Assembly (NCBI RefSeq): GCF_000023965.1
Contig: NC_013202.1
Span: forward strand, 150,001 to 182,000
DNA length: 32,000 nucleotides
Direction of reading: 5' to 3'
DNA from: Halomicrobium mukohataei DSM 12286
GTDB lineage: Archaea; Halobacteriota; Halobacteria; Halobacteriales; Haloarculaceae
The notes beneath the pieces are model-generated. The model was not told the origin of the DNA. It saw only the letters and a program-made list of their open reading frames with translations, and ran no database searches. Of the stretch, positions 9,439-17,225 are shown in pieces. Within the stretch, counting starts at the first letter, position 1, and the number at the start of each line of letters is the position of its first letter. The translations under genes were made by a program, and so were the position numbers.

Positions 9439-9945
9439 GTGAAGCGACGAACATTTTTCATACTCAGCATCGAGATAACTATCGCTCTCACCGGGATCGC
9501 AACATTGGGCGCTGTCGTTGTCTTCAGCGATATCACTGAGCCATCGGAGACCAGCCCACAACAAGACACACAAACATCTCAGGGGACTCCAACACCAGAG
9601 TCAAACTCTGAAAATGAGATCACAGTGCGGTCCCCAGAACCCGTTTCTACACCAGCCCCAGAGATTGCAATAAATGCCATGCAGGCCGAGGGTGGAGAGG
9701 GGTACCAGCTCGAAGCAGGGGCAAATACTTGGGGCGCAGCGGATTCTATTGCAATCGCATATAATGGTGAAGAAATTGAACGTTTAGCGAGTGGGGAAAC
9801 GGAGATCATTGCGTCTTCAGAGTCAGGTACACATGATCCACTTCCGAAAGGGGCAGTGGTTGTCGCTTACGCAATTCACGGAGACGACAGAACAGAACTA
9901 CTTCGTTGGGAAGTCAAATCTGGTGGAACATCTAACACGAGATAG
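9439..9945 (+). CDS. Secreted or membrane-anchored protein, function unknown
   Basis: A GTG start at 9439 gives MKRRTFFILSIEITIALTGIATLGAVVVF (signal/anchor), followed by a Ser/Thr/Pro/Glu-rich linker. AT-rich DNA. Confidence 0.55.
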   Translation: MKRRTFFILSIEITIALTGIATLGAVVVFSDITEPSETSPQQDTQTSQGTPTPESNSENEITVRSPEPVSTPAPEIAINAMQAEGGEGYQLEAGANTWGAADSIAIAYNGEEIERLASGETEIIASSESGTHDPLPKGAVVVAYAIHGDDRTELLRWEVKSGGTSNTR

Positions 9946-10010
9946 ACGACGGGCCTTGGTTTGTAGACGGTCAGGATTGAATCAGCCTTTCAGCATTAGA
10001 TCTGACAGCT

Positions 10011-10019
10011 AAATATAAA
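10011..10019 (+). promoter_or_regulatory. TATA-box-like element for the 10045 gene
   Basis: AAATATAAA is centred about 30 nt upstream of ATG 10045, which fits a leaderless transcript. Confidence 0.35.
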
Positions 10020-10044
10020 CCAATAGCAATTCTGGAACTGCACA

Positions 10045-10563
10045 ATGGCAGCAGTCTCGAAATCGGAAACTAAAGTCCTTGATCCGCACATCCCAAAGGG
10101 AGAACAGTTAATCGAAGCCTACAGTGGGAACGAGAAAACCGTCGCCGTGACGGACCGCCGAATTATCGATCTCTGGCATCACGAAGACGACCGGAGCCAG
10201 GAGACAGAACTTCGGAGTACCCTGCTCACCAACGATTACATCGTCGGGACCGAGTACGAGCGCGAACAGGAATCGAACACTCCCGATCTGGAACGTCTCA
10301 TCGGATTTCTGCTCGGGGTGTGTGGCGTCGGTGGAATCCTGTACGGGCTCGACGGCACGGGAGGGGCCATCTTCGGCGGCTTTGTCCTGCTGGCCCTCAG
10401 CGCGCTCATCATCTACCTCACCGACACCACGGAGAGCGGGGAAGTGGAGATCACTCTCTACCGAGCTGGAGAAGTCCCGAATCGGACGTGGACGTTCCCG
10501 AAAGGCGAGACGGGTGTTCCGCGGGCGATCTCCGAGCAAGTCGCTACGTTGCACCGGCCCTGA
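10045..10563 (+). CDS. Membrane protein with bacterial-PH (YdbT/DUF304-like) features
   Basis: GEQLIEAYSGNEKTVAVTDRRIIDL resembles the bPH N-terminal strand pattern. Central Gly-rich double TM segment (LIGFLLGVCGVGGILYG...FGGFVLLALSALIIYL). Confidence 0.6.
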   Translation: MAAVSKSETKVLDPHIPKGEQLIEAYSGNEKTVAVTDRRIIDLWHHEDDRSQETELRSTLLTNDYIVGTEYEREQESNTPDLERLIGFLLGVCGVGGILYGLDGTGGAIFGGFVLLALSALIIYLTDTTESGEVEITLYRAGEVPNRTWTFPKGETGVPRAISEQVATLHRP

Positions 10564-10608
10564 ATCGACGACCGAACGCTTATGCCGCCGTTTCACGTAT
10601 CACCTCCC

Positions 10609-10866
10609 ATGGCAAGTGCAACGCGAGACGACCGTACCGACGGCGTGGTGTTCGAGCAGGAAGCGGACGGGAGCATCACCGCCAAGGACCTCGAAACGGG
10701 ACTGGCCCGCGGCGGTGACACTCGCGCGGAAGCGCTCGCCCAGCTCGCGGAAGTTCTCGAACTCGAAGCCGGTGGTGGGGAACCGGTGACCGACGACGAT
10801 CTCGAAGCGATGGGCCTCGATCCCGACGACGAGGGTGACGAAGAACTGCCGGACTTCATGCAATAA
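10609..10866 (+). CDS. hicB: HicB-family antitoxin (short form)
   Basis: VVFEQEADGSITAKDLETGLARGGDTRAEALAQLAEVLEL fits the HicB N-domain pattern (partner-binding fold ending in TxxEAL). Lies immediately upstream of hicA. Start taken at ATG 10609. Confidence 0.7.
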   Translation: MASATRDDRTDGVVFEQEADGSITAKDLETGLARGGDTRAEALAQLAEVLELEAGGGEPVTDDDLEAMGLDPDDEGDEELPDFMQ

Positions 10867-10872
10867 CTTCGG

Positions 10873-11118
10873 ATGGTGAGGACGACGTTCTCTGGCCGCG
10901 AGGTAGTGAAAGTGCTGCGTAACCACGGCTTCTCTCCGAAATCACGAACCGGGAGTCACGTCCGGCTCAGGTACGAACATCCTGAGACTGGGGAAGTCCG
11001 TAACGTGGACGTGCCACAGCACGACGAAATTCACATCGGAACGATACGCTCTATCGCTGACCAGTGTGGAGCCAACGACTTCGAAGCGTGGTGCGAGTGG
11101 ATCGACGAGAACAGTTGA
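10873..11118 (+). CDS. hicA: HicA-family mRNA interferase toxin
   Basis: 81 aa. SGREVVKVLRNHGFSPKSRTGSHVRLRY...VDVPQHDEIHIGTIRSIADQCG matches the HicA/YcfA pattern, including the GSH motif. Confidence 0.85.
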   Translation: MVRTTFSGREVVKVLRNHGFSPKSRTGSHVRLRYEHPETGEVRNVDVPQHDEIHIGTIRSIADQCGANDFEAWCEWIDENS

Positions 11119-11121
11119 GCG

Positions 11122-11322
11122 TCACTTCTCGACAGCCAGACGTTGAGCGATCTCGATCTCATAGGTACCGGGCACCGTCAGCGTCTCGGCGATCTCCCGC
11201 TTCTGCCGAACCGTCAGATCCTCTCGATTCAGTACCTCCCGAATTCGATCGTCGATCCGCCGAGAAAATTCAGCAGACTGCACGAGTGTCGTCGTCTTGT
11301 TGCAGTCCCAGAATCTCTTCAT
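11122..11322 (-). CDS. Hypothetical island protein, N-terminally replaced paralog of 5038..5382
   Basis: MKRFWDCNKTTTLVQSAEFSRRIDDRIREVLNREDLTVRQKREIAETLTVPGTYEIEIAQRLAVEK. DNA similarity to copy 1 stops near 11312. Confidence 0.45.
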   Translation of the reverse strand: MKRFWDCNKTTTLVQSAEFSRRIDDRIREVLNREDLTVRQKREIAETLTVPGTYEIEIAQRLAVEK

Positions 11323-11848
11323 CGGCGACGAGTTCAGTAGCAAGGCCGGCGGGAGCGGCAAAGATGGCTATCTTACTCGCCAGAAGATAGGGCCGCTGGT
11401 GTACAAGATCCGGAAGTACAACGGGCTCCTGATCTACATCGCCCACGACGAGAGTTCGATCCACCCGCTACTCTGGCGGCTGGGTGTCATCACCAAGAAG
11501 GTGAGCAAGAAGAAGGCCGTCGTCGCCGACCACGTGAGCAACGGCCAGCTCCGGGACAAGCGCTTCGAAGTCGAGGGCGTTCCGCCGACAGACTGGCGGT
11601 ACAACGACAAAGAAGCCTCTTCGTGGTCGTGGACAGACGAGGAAGATGGGGAAGAGCCCGACCCCGACGAAGTGGCCTACGACGTGGCACTCTGGACGGT
11701 TCGGGAGTGCAAGCAGGACGGACTGACACACCGAGAGACGGCCCAGTACGTCCCATTCGGAAAGTCGTGGGTCGGTGATCGGTGGTCCGAGATTCAGGAC
11801 GGGAAGCACAGCGGAGCCATGGACAGGGTTCGGGCGATAACCGCATGA
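11297..11848 (+). pseudogene. N-terminally truncated Zot-like/plasmid-virus type NTPase gene
   Basis: No P-loop is present. The ORF begins essentially at a Walker-B-like LFIGDE, followed by KIRKYNGLLIYIAHDESSIHP (like the Zot R-x-G...hhhh-Q/H segment). Its first codons are antisense to the neighbouring paralog gene. Confidence 0.5.
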
Positions 11849-11891
11849 CGACGCGCGTATGTCCGCGTGTCCGCGTCCATCGTCGACCCTT

Positions 11892-11953
11892 CACTGGCCC
11901 ATACCGCTGGGCCCGACCCTCCAGGTTCGGGCGTGGGCGCATGGGCGCGGTGT
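11892..11953 (+). repeat. GC-rich hairpin-forming leader element, copy 1 (upstream of the nuclease gene)
   Basis: CACTGGCCCATACCGCTGGGCCCGACCCTCCAGGTTCGGGCGTGGGCGCATGGGCGCGGTGT. Possible stems GGCCCA/TGGGCC and GCCCGA/TCGGGC. Repeated at 13218-13280. Confidence 0.6.
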
Positions 11954-12008
11954 TCTCGTCGGCAGAGGAGTGTACATATACAATCGCGCGACGAGCGCGT
12001 GATGCGCG

Positions 12009-12401
12009 ATGAGTCGCTCGCACAAGGCCAACCACTACGGGACGCTCGTGGAGCGCCAGGCCGCGGAGCGGTACAACCTCGAACTCGACCGGTGTAGCTG
12101 GCACGACGCAAAGCGATCGGACGGCACCCCAGTCGAGATCAAGGCTGCGATGCACCGGCACAGCGATGGGCAGCCTGGTACGTTCAAGCTCTACGATCAG
12201 TACCACGAGCAACTACGGGAAGCGAACGGGTGGTACGTCTTTTTTGTATACCGGGTTCGTGGACTGGGTGTGGAAGTTCTACGGTGGGAGATGGGTCACT
12301 CGTCACGACTGCCGAAATTGGTCTGGCATGGAGGTGGAGATCATCGGGAAGCCAAACAGGCGAAGATCGCGATCAGTCTTCTCACGCAAAACCAGAAGTA
12401 G
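12009..12401 (+). CDS. PD-(D/E)xK-like nuclease-fold protein (130 aa)
   Basis: WHDAKRSDGTPVEIKAA provides a D...E-x-K arrangement typical of restriction-endonuclease-like or resolvase-like folds. The C-terminal 38 aa are duplicated in the fragment at 13281-13397. Confidence 0.6.
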   Translation: MSRSHKANHYGTLVERQAAERYNLELDRCSWHDAKRSDGTPVEIKAAMHRHSDGQPGTFKLYDQYHEQLREANGWYVFFVYRVRGLGVEVLRWEMGHSSRLPKLVWHGGGDHREAKQAKIAISLLTQNQK

Positions 12402-12442
12402 AAGGCTACGTGCACGTAGGTCGGTTACGCACGGGGAGCTGG

Positions 12443-13075
12443 TTATGACACCAATCCCGGATCGTCACCCCAGAAGGGAATCCCAATGTGATCTGCGACA
12501 TCCTCGATCGCGTCGTCGGAAAACGGATGCTTCGAGACGATCAAGATACTGCCGTCGTCGAGTTCCTCGACTCGTGGGGCAGGCGCTGACAGGAGTGTAT
12601 CGCGTCCGATCTGCTCGACTTCTGTAGGTGGGTAGAGATCCAACCAGCTGATGAACCGTCGAGGTGACGATGGGTATCTACTGTCCGGCGTCGGCGCGGC
12701 CAGCGGTTGGTTCGGTGCGACCCCATAACACATGACTGGTGGACTCTCAATTGCTGAGTAAATATCTTTGACAGCCCCAATCAAAGATGCGAGATTGTCT
12801 GCTTCAGCTAGTTTGGTAGCATCGTCGAGTCGTCCTCCCTCTACGTAGAATGTAGCCACTGTTCCGTTCTGATGACGGCCTGGTGATGCAGTCGCTCGCA
12901 ATTCGATATCGAAGTCATTTCGAGCAAAGATGATACGGAGTGTACCGGTGAGGTCTACACCTTTTTCGAACAGTTCGTACTCGTTCTTCGACTCTGCGAT
13001 CTCGGCAGCAGTATCAATTATTTCATCCTCGTGGTCAGCCGGATACAGTAGATCAATGTGAATCGAGTCGGCCAT
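12443..13075 (-). CDS. Hypothetical protein (210 aa), acidic, no recognisable motif
   Basis: Clean ORF with ATG start and ordinary composition in a lower-GC cassette. Convergent with the nuclease gene across a 41-nt gap. Confidence 0.6.
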   Translation of the reverse strand: MADSIHIDLLYPADHEDEIIDTAAEIAESKNEYELFEKGVDLTGTLRIIFARNDFDIELRATASPGRHQNGTVATFYVEGGRLDDATKLAEADNLASLIGAVKDIYSAIESPPVMCYGVAPNQPLAAPTPDSRYPSSPRRFISWLDLYPPTEVEQIGRDTLLSAPAPRVEELDDGSILIVSKHPFSDDAIEDVADHIGIPFWGDDPGLVS

Positions 13076-13217
13076 CGTTATTCTCCCCCAGTGATGACGC
13101 TGACTGGGCTTCCAATCCTAAACCCTTCTACGTTATTAGCGAAGTGATAAACTTCATCGTCGATGGCAGCGTTGTCTGCAGTCCTTTCGCTCACGCGGAG
13201 GATGATAGTCGGCCTTA

Positions 13218-13280
13218 CACTGGCCCATACCGCCGCGCCCGACCCCTCGGGTTCGGGCGTGGGCGCATGGGCGCGGTGTC
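13218..13280 (+). repeat. GC-rich hairpin-forming leader element, copy 2
   Basis: Near-identical to 11892-11953 with a few substitutions and a 2-nt length difference. The GCCCGA/TCGGGC stem is retained. Confidence 0.6.
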
Positions 13281-13397
13281 GAAGTGCTACGGTGGGAGAT
13301 GCGTCACTCGTCGCGACTCCCGAAGTTGGACTGGCATGGTGGCGGTGAGCATCGGGATGCGAAACAGACGAAAATACCGGTTACAGAGCTTCGATAG
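13281..13397 (+). pseudogene. C-terminal fragment of a second nuclease paralog, fused directly to the leader repeat
   Basis: Reads EVLRWEMRHSSRLPKLDWHGGGEHRDAKQTKIPVTELR*, against EVLRWEMGHSSRLPKLVWHGGGDHREAKQAKIAISLL in 12009..12401. No start codon. About 320 nt are missing relative to copy 1. Confidence 0.6.
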
Positions 13398-13869
13398 CCC
13401 ACTGTTTTGAGATTCGGTTATCAGGACCTTAACTTAGTCAGAGTCGATCATGTCCGCACTTTTCGGAACGACAGCCACTGGGCGATTGAGATTTTCATGT
13501 GGCGGATAGTCGTGATCGCCGAAATGGATTTCATCTGCTCCGTTGAATCCGGTGACTGCGGCCGAGTCGACGAGCTAGCGTCCAGTGTGTCAGATGGAGT
13601 CGGCAACAGATAGCGAGTCAGAATCTGCTTTCGCCCTCCAAAGCCGACCCATCAATCGAAGGTCGGTTGTAAGAATTCGTCACCACTGGAGTCTGATAAC
13701 TGTGTCTTCAGCCTCAATCCCAGTGCCGTCTGCGGATTCAACAGAGCAGTCTGCGGTGTATTTTGGACAGGTGGCCTTAGCCACACGACGCGCCGGGGTG
13801 GGGTGAAAGGGTACGATATTGCCGCAAAAATGGTGTGTTGAACAGTGATGCCTCTATCCAGGGGGCGCG

Positions 13870-14368
13870 CTACCCCTTGGACCAGTCAGGCGGACAGCCC
13901 GCTTCCATCCAGGCTTCGAAGTCGAAGCCGTCGCGAGCTTGCTCCCAGCGGCGTCGTTCGTCGATCTTGTCGGCGGTACGGCGGCCGTTCGCGAACACGT
14001 TTCGCAGATCGCGGAACCGATCGCGGCCACCGTCGGCGTACTCGATGGCGTCGTACACTCCCGCTGGGCGTCGGACAGTGGCGTCAGATCCTCTTTGTAC
14101 TCGAAGAGAGACGACTGGTACCTCACCGCCAATCCCTCCCGAAGCACTCCGGATTCCCACAGAGCTGGTAGTGTGGGCGGTACGCGGCGATTGGAACGTC
14201 CGTGAAGTCCGCCTCGTCGCGAGTATCCGCTTCGGGACAGGCCGGGCGTGGCTCGTCGCTGTCGGGGTCCTGACGGTGCAGGGTGTCCGCGTACTGGGAG
14301 CGATTGCGGACGCCCTGGTCGGTGTCGAGCTGAGCGTCGGCGGTCGCGCGCTGGCTCACGCCGACCAC
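13870..14368 (-). pseudogene. Gene with two frameshifts abutting the proximal att repeat
   Basis: Protein-like sequence continues across three ORFs in three frames: 14123..14368 (...NPECFGRDW), 13854..14147 ([22 protein letters not shown]) and 13870..14160 ([19 protein letters not shown]...[10 protein letters not shown]). Confidence 0.5.
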
Positions 14369-14390
14369 CCCGTTTCTGCTCCTAGTTTCG

Positions 14391-14555
14391 CAGGACGGCG
14401 GCGACCCGGCACTTGTCCCACGTTCAACTCAGGATTTCGGGGGTGTTCGTGCGAAAGCAGATCGCCCAGTAGCGGGCTCGAAATGCACGTAAACACAGCT
14501 TTCGCTGTGTGCCATAGTTCGGTTGAAAATGGGATCCGCCCTCCCCGATTTGAAC
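14391..14555. repeat. Proximal att-like direct repeat (tRNA-Tyr 3' end plus about 145 nt of trailer)
   Basis: Partner of 7046-7207. The trailer includes a perfect hairpin ACACAGC-GAAA-GCTGTGT (read on the tRNA strand) that is imperfect in the distal copy. Confidence 0.6.
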
Positions 14556-14608
14556 GGGGGGCAAGTCGATCTACAGTCGACTGCTCTACCAGTCTGAGCT
14601 AAGGGCGG
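14535..14608 (-). tRNA. tRNA-Tyr (anticodon GUA), no intron, CCA not encoded
   Basis: Hand-folded cloverleaf: acceptor CCGCCCT/AGGGCGG with the C1-G72 pair typical of archaeal tRNA-Tyr, D arm GCTC/GAGC, anticodon arm GTCGA-CTGTAGA-TCGAC, variable TTGCC, T arm CCCCG-TTCAAAT-CGGGG, discriminator A. Confidence 0.95.
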
Positions 14609-14782
14609 TTGCACTCGAACGTAGCGCCGGTCCCAGACTTAACGGTTATCATTCTGTACGAGGGCGGGAGGGTCTCACAGCCACACCAGTCCGTCAGACA
14701 GCGACGGCGACGCCCGCGTAGTTGGACGGACAGAGACGAGACGCAAAACGGTGGCAGACGGGCGTCAGACGCCGCGGGAAGA

Positions 14783-14790
14783 TTAAAATA
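14783..14790 (+). promoter_or_regulatory. TATA-box-like element upstream of cdrL
   Basis: TTAAAATA is centred about 33 nt upstream of ATG 14820. The palindrome GGCGTC-A-GACGCC at 14761-14773 lies just upstream. Confidence 0.4.
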
Positions 14791-14819
14791 CCCCGGCGAT
14801 AATGTGTATGACGAGTCGA

Positions 14820-15413
14820 ATGAGTAAGATCACGTTTCGCGCCGACGACGACCTCATCGATCAGCTCGAGGAGTTCGACGCTTCCAAGAGCGAGGTCATG
14901 CGCGAAGCGCTCCGGGAGTATCTGGAAGCGCCAGACGAATCGCCGGGGGCCGTCGACGCGTCCAGCGGCGACGGCGGCGACGACAGCATCGACGATCTGA
15001 TCGTCGACCGCGTGGACGCGATCATCGAGGAGCGCCTGAACGGCCGGCTCCAACCGCGGTCTCCCCAGGACGTGAACGTAAACATCACGCTAGAGGGTGA
15101 AAACGCCAGCCGAGAGGCGGTGTCGGACGATCAGTCGGCGGTGTCACACGACCGTCGGCGCGAGTCGTCACACGCCAGCACCGATCGTAAGACAGCCGGT
15201 CGTGAGGACGACGGCGCACCCACAGCCGGACGTAAGACGTGTGGCCAATGTGGCGAAAACGTCACGGGCGACCACGTTTACTGCCCGAACTGCGGTGAGA
15301 AGGCAGCCCACCGCGTGTTCTGTGACTGCGGCGACGAGCTCCGGTCGGACTGGGGTTTCTGCCCGAGTTGCGGGCGTCGAACCCCGGCAGCGGACGTGCT
15401 CGAAAACAGCTAA
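14820..15413 (+). CDS. cdrL: Ribbon-helix-helix protein with C-terminal double zinc ribbon (CdrL-like)
   Basis: N-terminal MSKITFRADDDLIDQLEEF...KSEVMREALREYL is a CopG/RHH signature. C-terminal CGQCG...CPNCG...CDCG...CPSCG zinc ribbons. Sits directly upstream of cdrS-ftsZ2. ATGs also occur at 14802 and 14808. Confidence 0.7.
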   Translation: MSKITFRADDDLIDQLEEFDASKSEVMREALREYLEAPDESPGAVDASSGDGGDDSIDDLIVDRVDAIIEERLNGRLQPRSPQDVNVNITLEGENASREAVSDDQSAVSHDRRRESSHASTDRKTAGREDDGAPTAGRKTCGQCGENVTGDHVYCPNCGEKAAHRVFCDCGDELRSDWGFCPSCGRRTPAADVLENS

Positions 15414-15483
15414 AGTTGCGAAAACAGGCAGTAGAATTACCTTACCGTCGTAAACACCAGTTTGTCATACACCCGCCACAACC

Positions 15484-15533
15484 TTTATTATACTACACTC
15501 TGTGGTATGTTCTGCGTAAGACGGTCGTCTTAC
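15484..15533 (+). promoter_or_regulatory. Putative cdrS-ftsZ2 promoter (TATA) with an operator-like palindrome at the predicted transcription start
   Basis: TTTATTATA at 15484-15492. Perfect palindrome GTAAGACG-GT-CGTCTTAC at 15516-15533. A further CCGTCTTAC copy lies at 15615-23 in the leader. Confidence 0.4.
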
Positions 15534-15640
15534 ACGGCGCGCCACGCGGTGGATGTCCCGCCGTCGTCCGGCGATTACGCGGTGTAAAACGTGCGGTCGG
15601 CGTGTAAACGCCCGCCGTCTTACCGGGGAACGAGATAACT

Positions 15641-15829
15641 ATGGAGCGTGTGACACTACGGATTCCGAAGCAGCAGATCGAAGAGGTCGAACGAATGGTC
15701 GAAACCGGGGAGTACCCCAACCGCAGCGAGGCTATCAGGTCCGCTGTGCGCGAGATGCTCGCCGAGCAGGAGGGCGGGAAGGAACGACCATCCGAGAAAC
15801 GCGAGCGTCGCACCTACGTGAGGGCCTAA
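15641..15829 (+). CDS. cdrS: Small CopG/ribbon-helix-helix transcription regulator CdrS
   Basis: 62 aa. [40 protein letters not shown] is a classical RHH. Its stop lies 2 nt before the ftsZ start, matching the published cdrS-ftsZ2 arrangement in haloarchaea. Confidence 0.8.
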   Translation: MERVTLRIPKQQIEEVERMVETGEYPNRSEAIRSAVREMLAEQEGGKERPSEKRERRTYVRA

Positions 15830-15831
15830 CG

Positions 15832-17025
15832 ATGCAGGACATCGTCAAGGAAGCCCTCGAGCGCGACGAAGCGGAACAACAGCAACTGTCCGACGCAGAC
15901 GTGGACGGCTTCGGTGACCCTCGGATCGTCATCGTCGGCTGTGGCGGAGCCGGTAACAACACGGTCAACCGTCTGTACAACATCGGCGTCGACGGTGCCG
16001 ACACGGTGGCGATCAACACCGACAAGCAGCACCTCAAGATGATCGAAGCCGACACGAAGATCCTCGTCGGCAAGTCCCTGACCAACGGGCTCGGTGCCGG
16101 TGGCGACCCCTCGATGGGCGAGCGCGCTACCGAGATGGCACAGGGCACGATCAAGGAAGTACTGGGCGACGCCGACCTCGTGTTCGTGACCGCCGGCATG
16201 GGTGGCGGGACGGGGACCGGTGCGGCACCGGTCGTCTCGAAGATCGCCAAAGAACAGGGCGCGATCGTCGTCGGCATGGTGTCGACGCCGTTCAACGTCG
16301 AACGCGCCCGCACGGTCAAGGCCGAGGAGGGCCTCGAACGGCTTCGCAACGAGGCCGACTCGATCATCGTGCTGGACAACAACCGCCTGCTCGATTACGT
16401 CCCGAACCTCCCGATCGGCAAGGCGTTCTCGGTGATGGACCAGATCATCGCCGAGACGGTCAAGGGAATCAGCGAGACCATCACGCAGCCGTCGCTGATC
16501 AACCTCGACTACGCCGACATGACCTCGATCATGAACCAGGGCGGCGTCGCGGTCATGCTGGTCGGCGAGACCCAGGACAAGAACAAGACCGAAGAGGTCG
16601 TCAAAGACGCGATGAACCACCCGCTGCTGGACGTCGACTACCGCGGCGCGAGCGGCGGACTGGTTCACATCACTGGCGGCCCCGACCTCACGCTGAAGGA
16701 GGCCGAGGGGATCGCACAGAACATCACCGAACGGCTCGAAGCCAGCGCCAACGTCATCTGGGGCGCGCGTATCCAGGAGGAGTACAAGGGCAAGGTCCGC
16801 GTGATGGCGATCATGACCGGCGTCCAGTCGGCGCAGGTGCTCGGCCCGTCCACCCAGAAGCAGGCCGACAAGTCCCGCGAAGCGATCCAGGAAGTCGGTG
16901 ACGACACCAGCTTCGACGCCAGCCAGAACGTCGAGGAGTTCGACGATCAGGGCGGCCAGAGCTACGGACACACCGACGGCGGCCGGGACACCAAAGAGAA
17001 GAACAACGGAATCGACGTCATCTGA
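15832..17025 (+). CDS. ftsZ2: Cell division GTPase FtsZ (FtsZ2 paralog by context)
   Basis: GCGGAGNN and tubulin signature [10 protein letters not shown]. Start at MQDIVKEAL (ATG 15832). The track ORF from 15553 is an upstream extension that overlaps cdrS. Confidence 0.95.
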   Translation: MQDIVKEALERDEAEQQQLSDADVDGFGDPRIVIVGCGGAGNNTVNRLYNIGVDGADTVAINTDKQHLKMIEADTKILVGKSLTNGLGAGGDPSMGERATEMAQGTIKEVLGDADLVFVTAGMGGGTGTGAAPVVSKIAKEQGAIVVGMVSTPFNVERARTVKAEEGLERLRNEADSIIVLDNNRLLDYVPNLPIGKAFSVMDQIIAETVKGISETITQPSLINLDYADMTSIMNQGGVAVMLVGETQDKNKTEEVVKDAMNHPLLDVDYRGASGGLVHITGGPDLTLKEAEGIAQNITERLEASANVIWGARIQEEYKGKVRVMAIMTGVQSAQVLGPSTQKQADKSREAIQEVGDDTSFDASQNVEEFDDQGGQSYGHTDGGRDTKEKNNGIDVI

Positions 17026-17063
17026 CCCGGCGACGCGGCACCCGGTTCGGACTGTCGACTCAC

Positions 17064-17068
17064 TTTTT
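17064..17068 (+). terminator. Oligo-T tract after ftsZ2
   Basis: A TTTTT run lies 39 nt after the ftsZ2 stop. Archaeal termination commonly uses oligo-T. Confidence 0.35.
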
Positions 17069-17225
17069 GGCCGCGATGACTCCCAGACACGGACGATCAA
17101 GCAGATGCCAGCGACGGCGACAGTCGAGCAACAGATATCAGTGAGTAGTAAATAGTACTTTTGTCCTGCAGGCCGTTCGTGACGTGTAGAACACCGGTCG
17201 TCCGCCGACCGCCGTCCCGAATCCT

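Noticed and set aside
14334-14492. Apparent amino-acid conservation (RQDG(G)DP-LVPR-T-DFGG) between the two att repeats as evidence of a coding tail
   Set aside because: In the proximal copy this frame opens after a TGA at 14331 and has no ATG, GTG or TTG start before the conserved part. The similarity is explained by the DNA repeat itself.
13835-14602. 255-aa plus-strand ORF
   Set aside because: It runs through the att repeat and most of the tRNA-Tyr gene, has a low-complexity Ser/Arg-rich translation and is antisense to the better-supported pseudogene.
15553-15831. N-terminal 93-aa extension of the ftsZ ORF
   Set aside because: The extension is Arg-rich and overlaps the well-formed cdrS gene in another frame. 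The conserved FtsZ N-terminus begins at MQDIVKEAL (15832).
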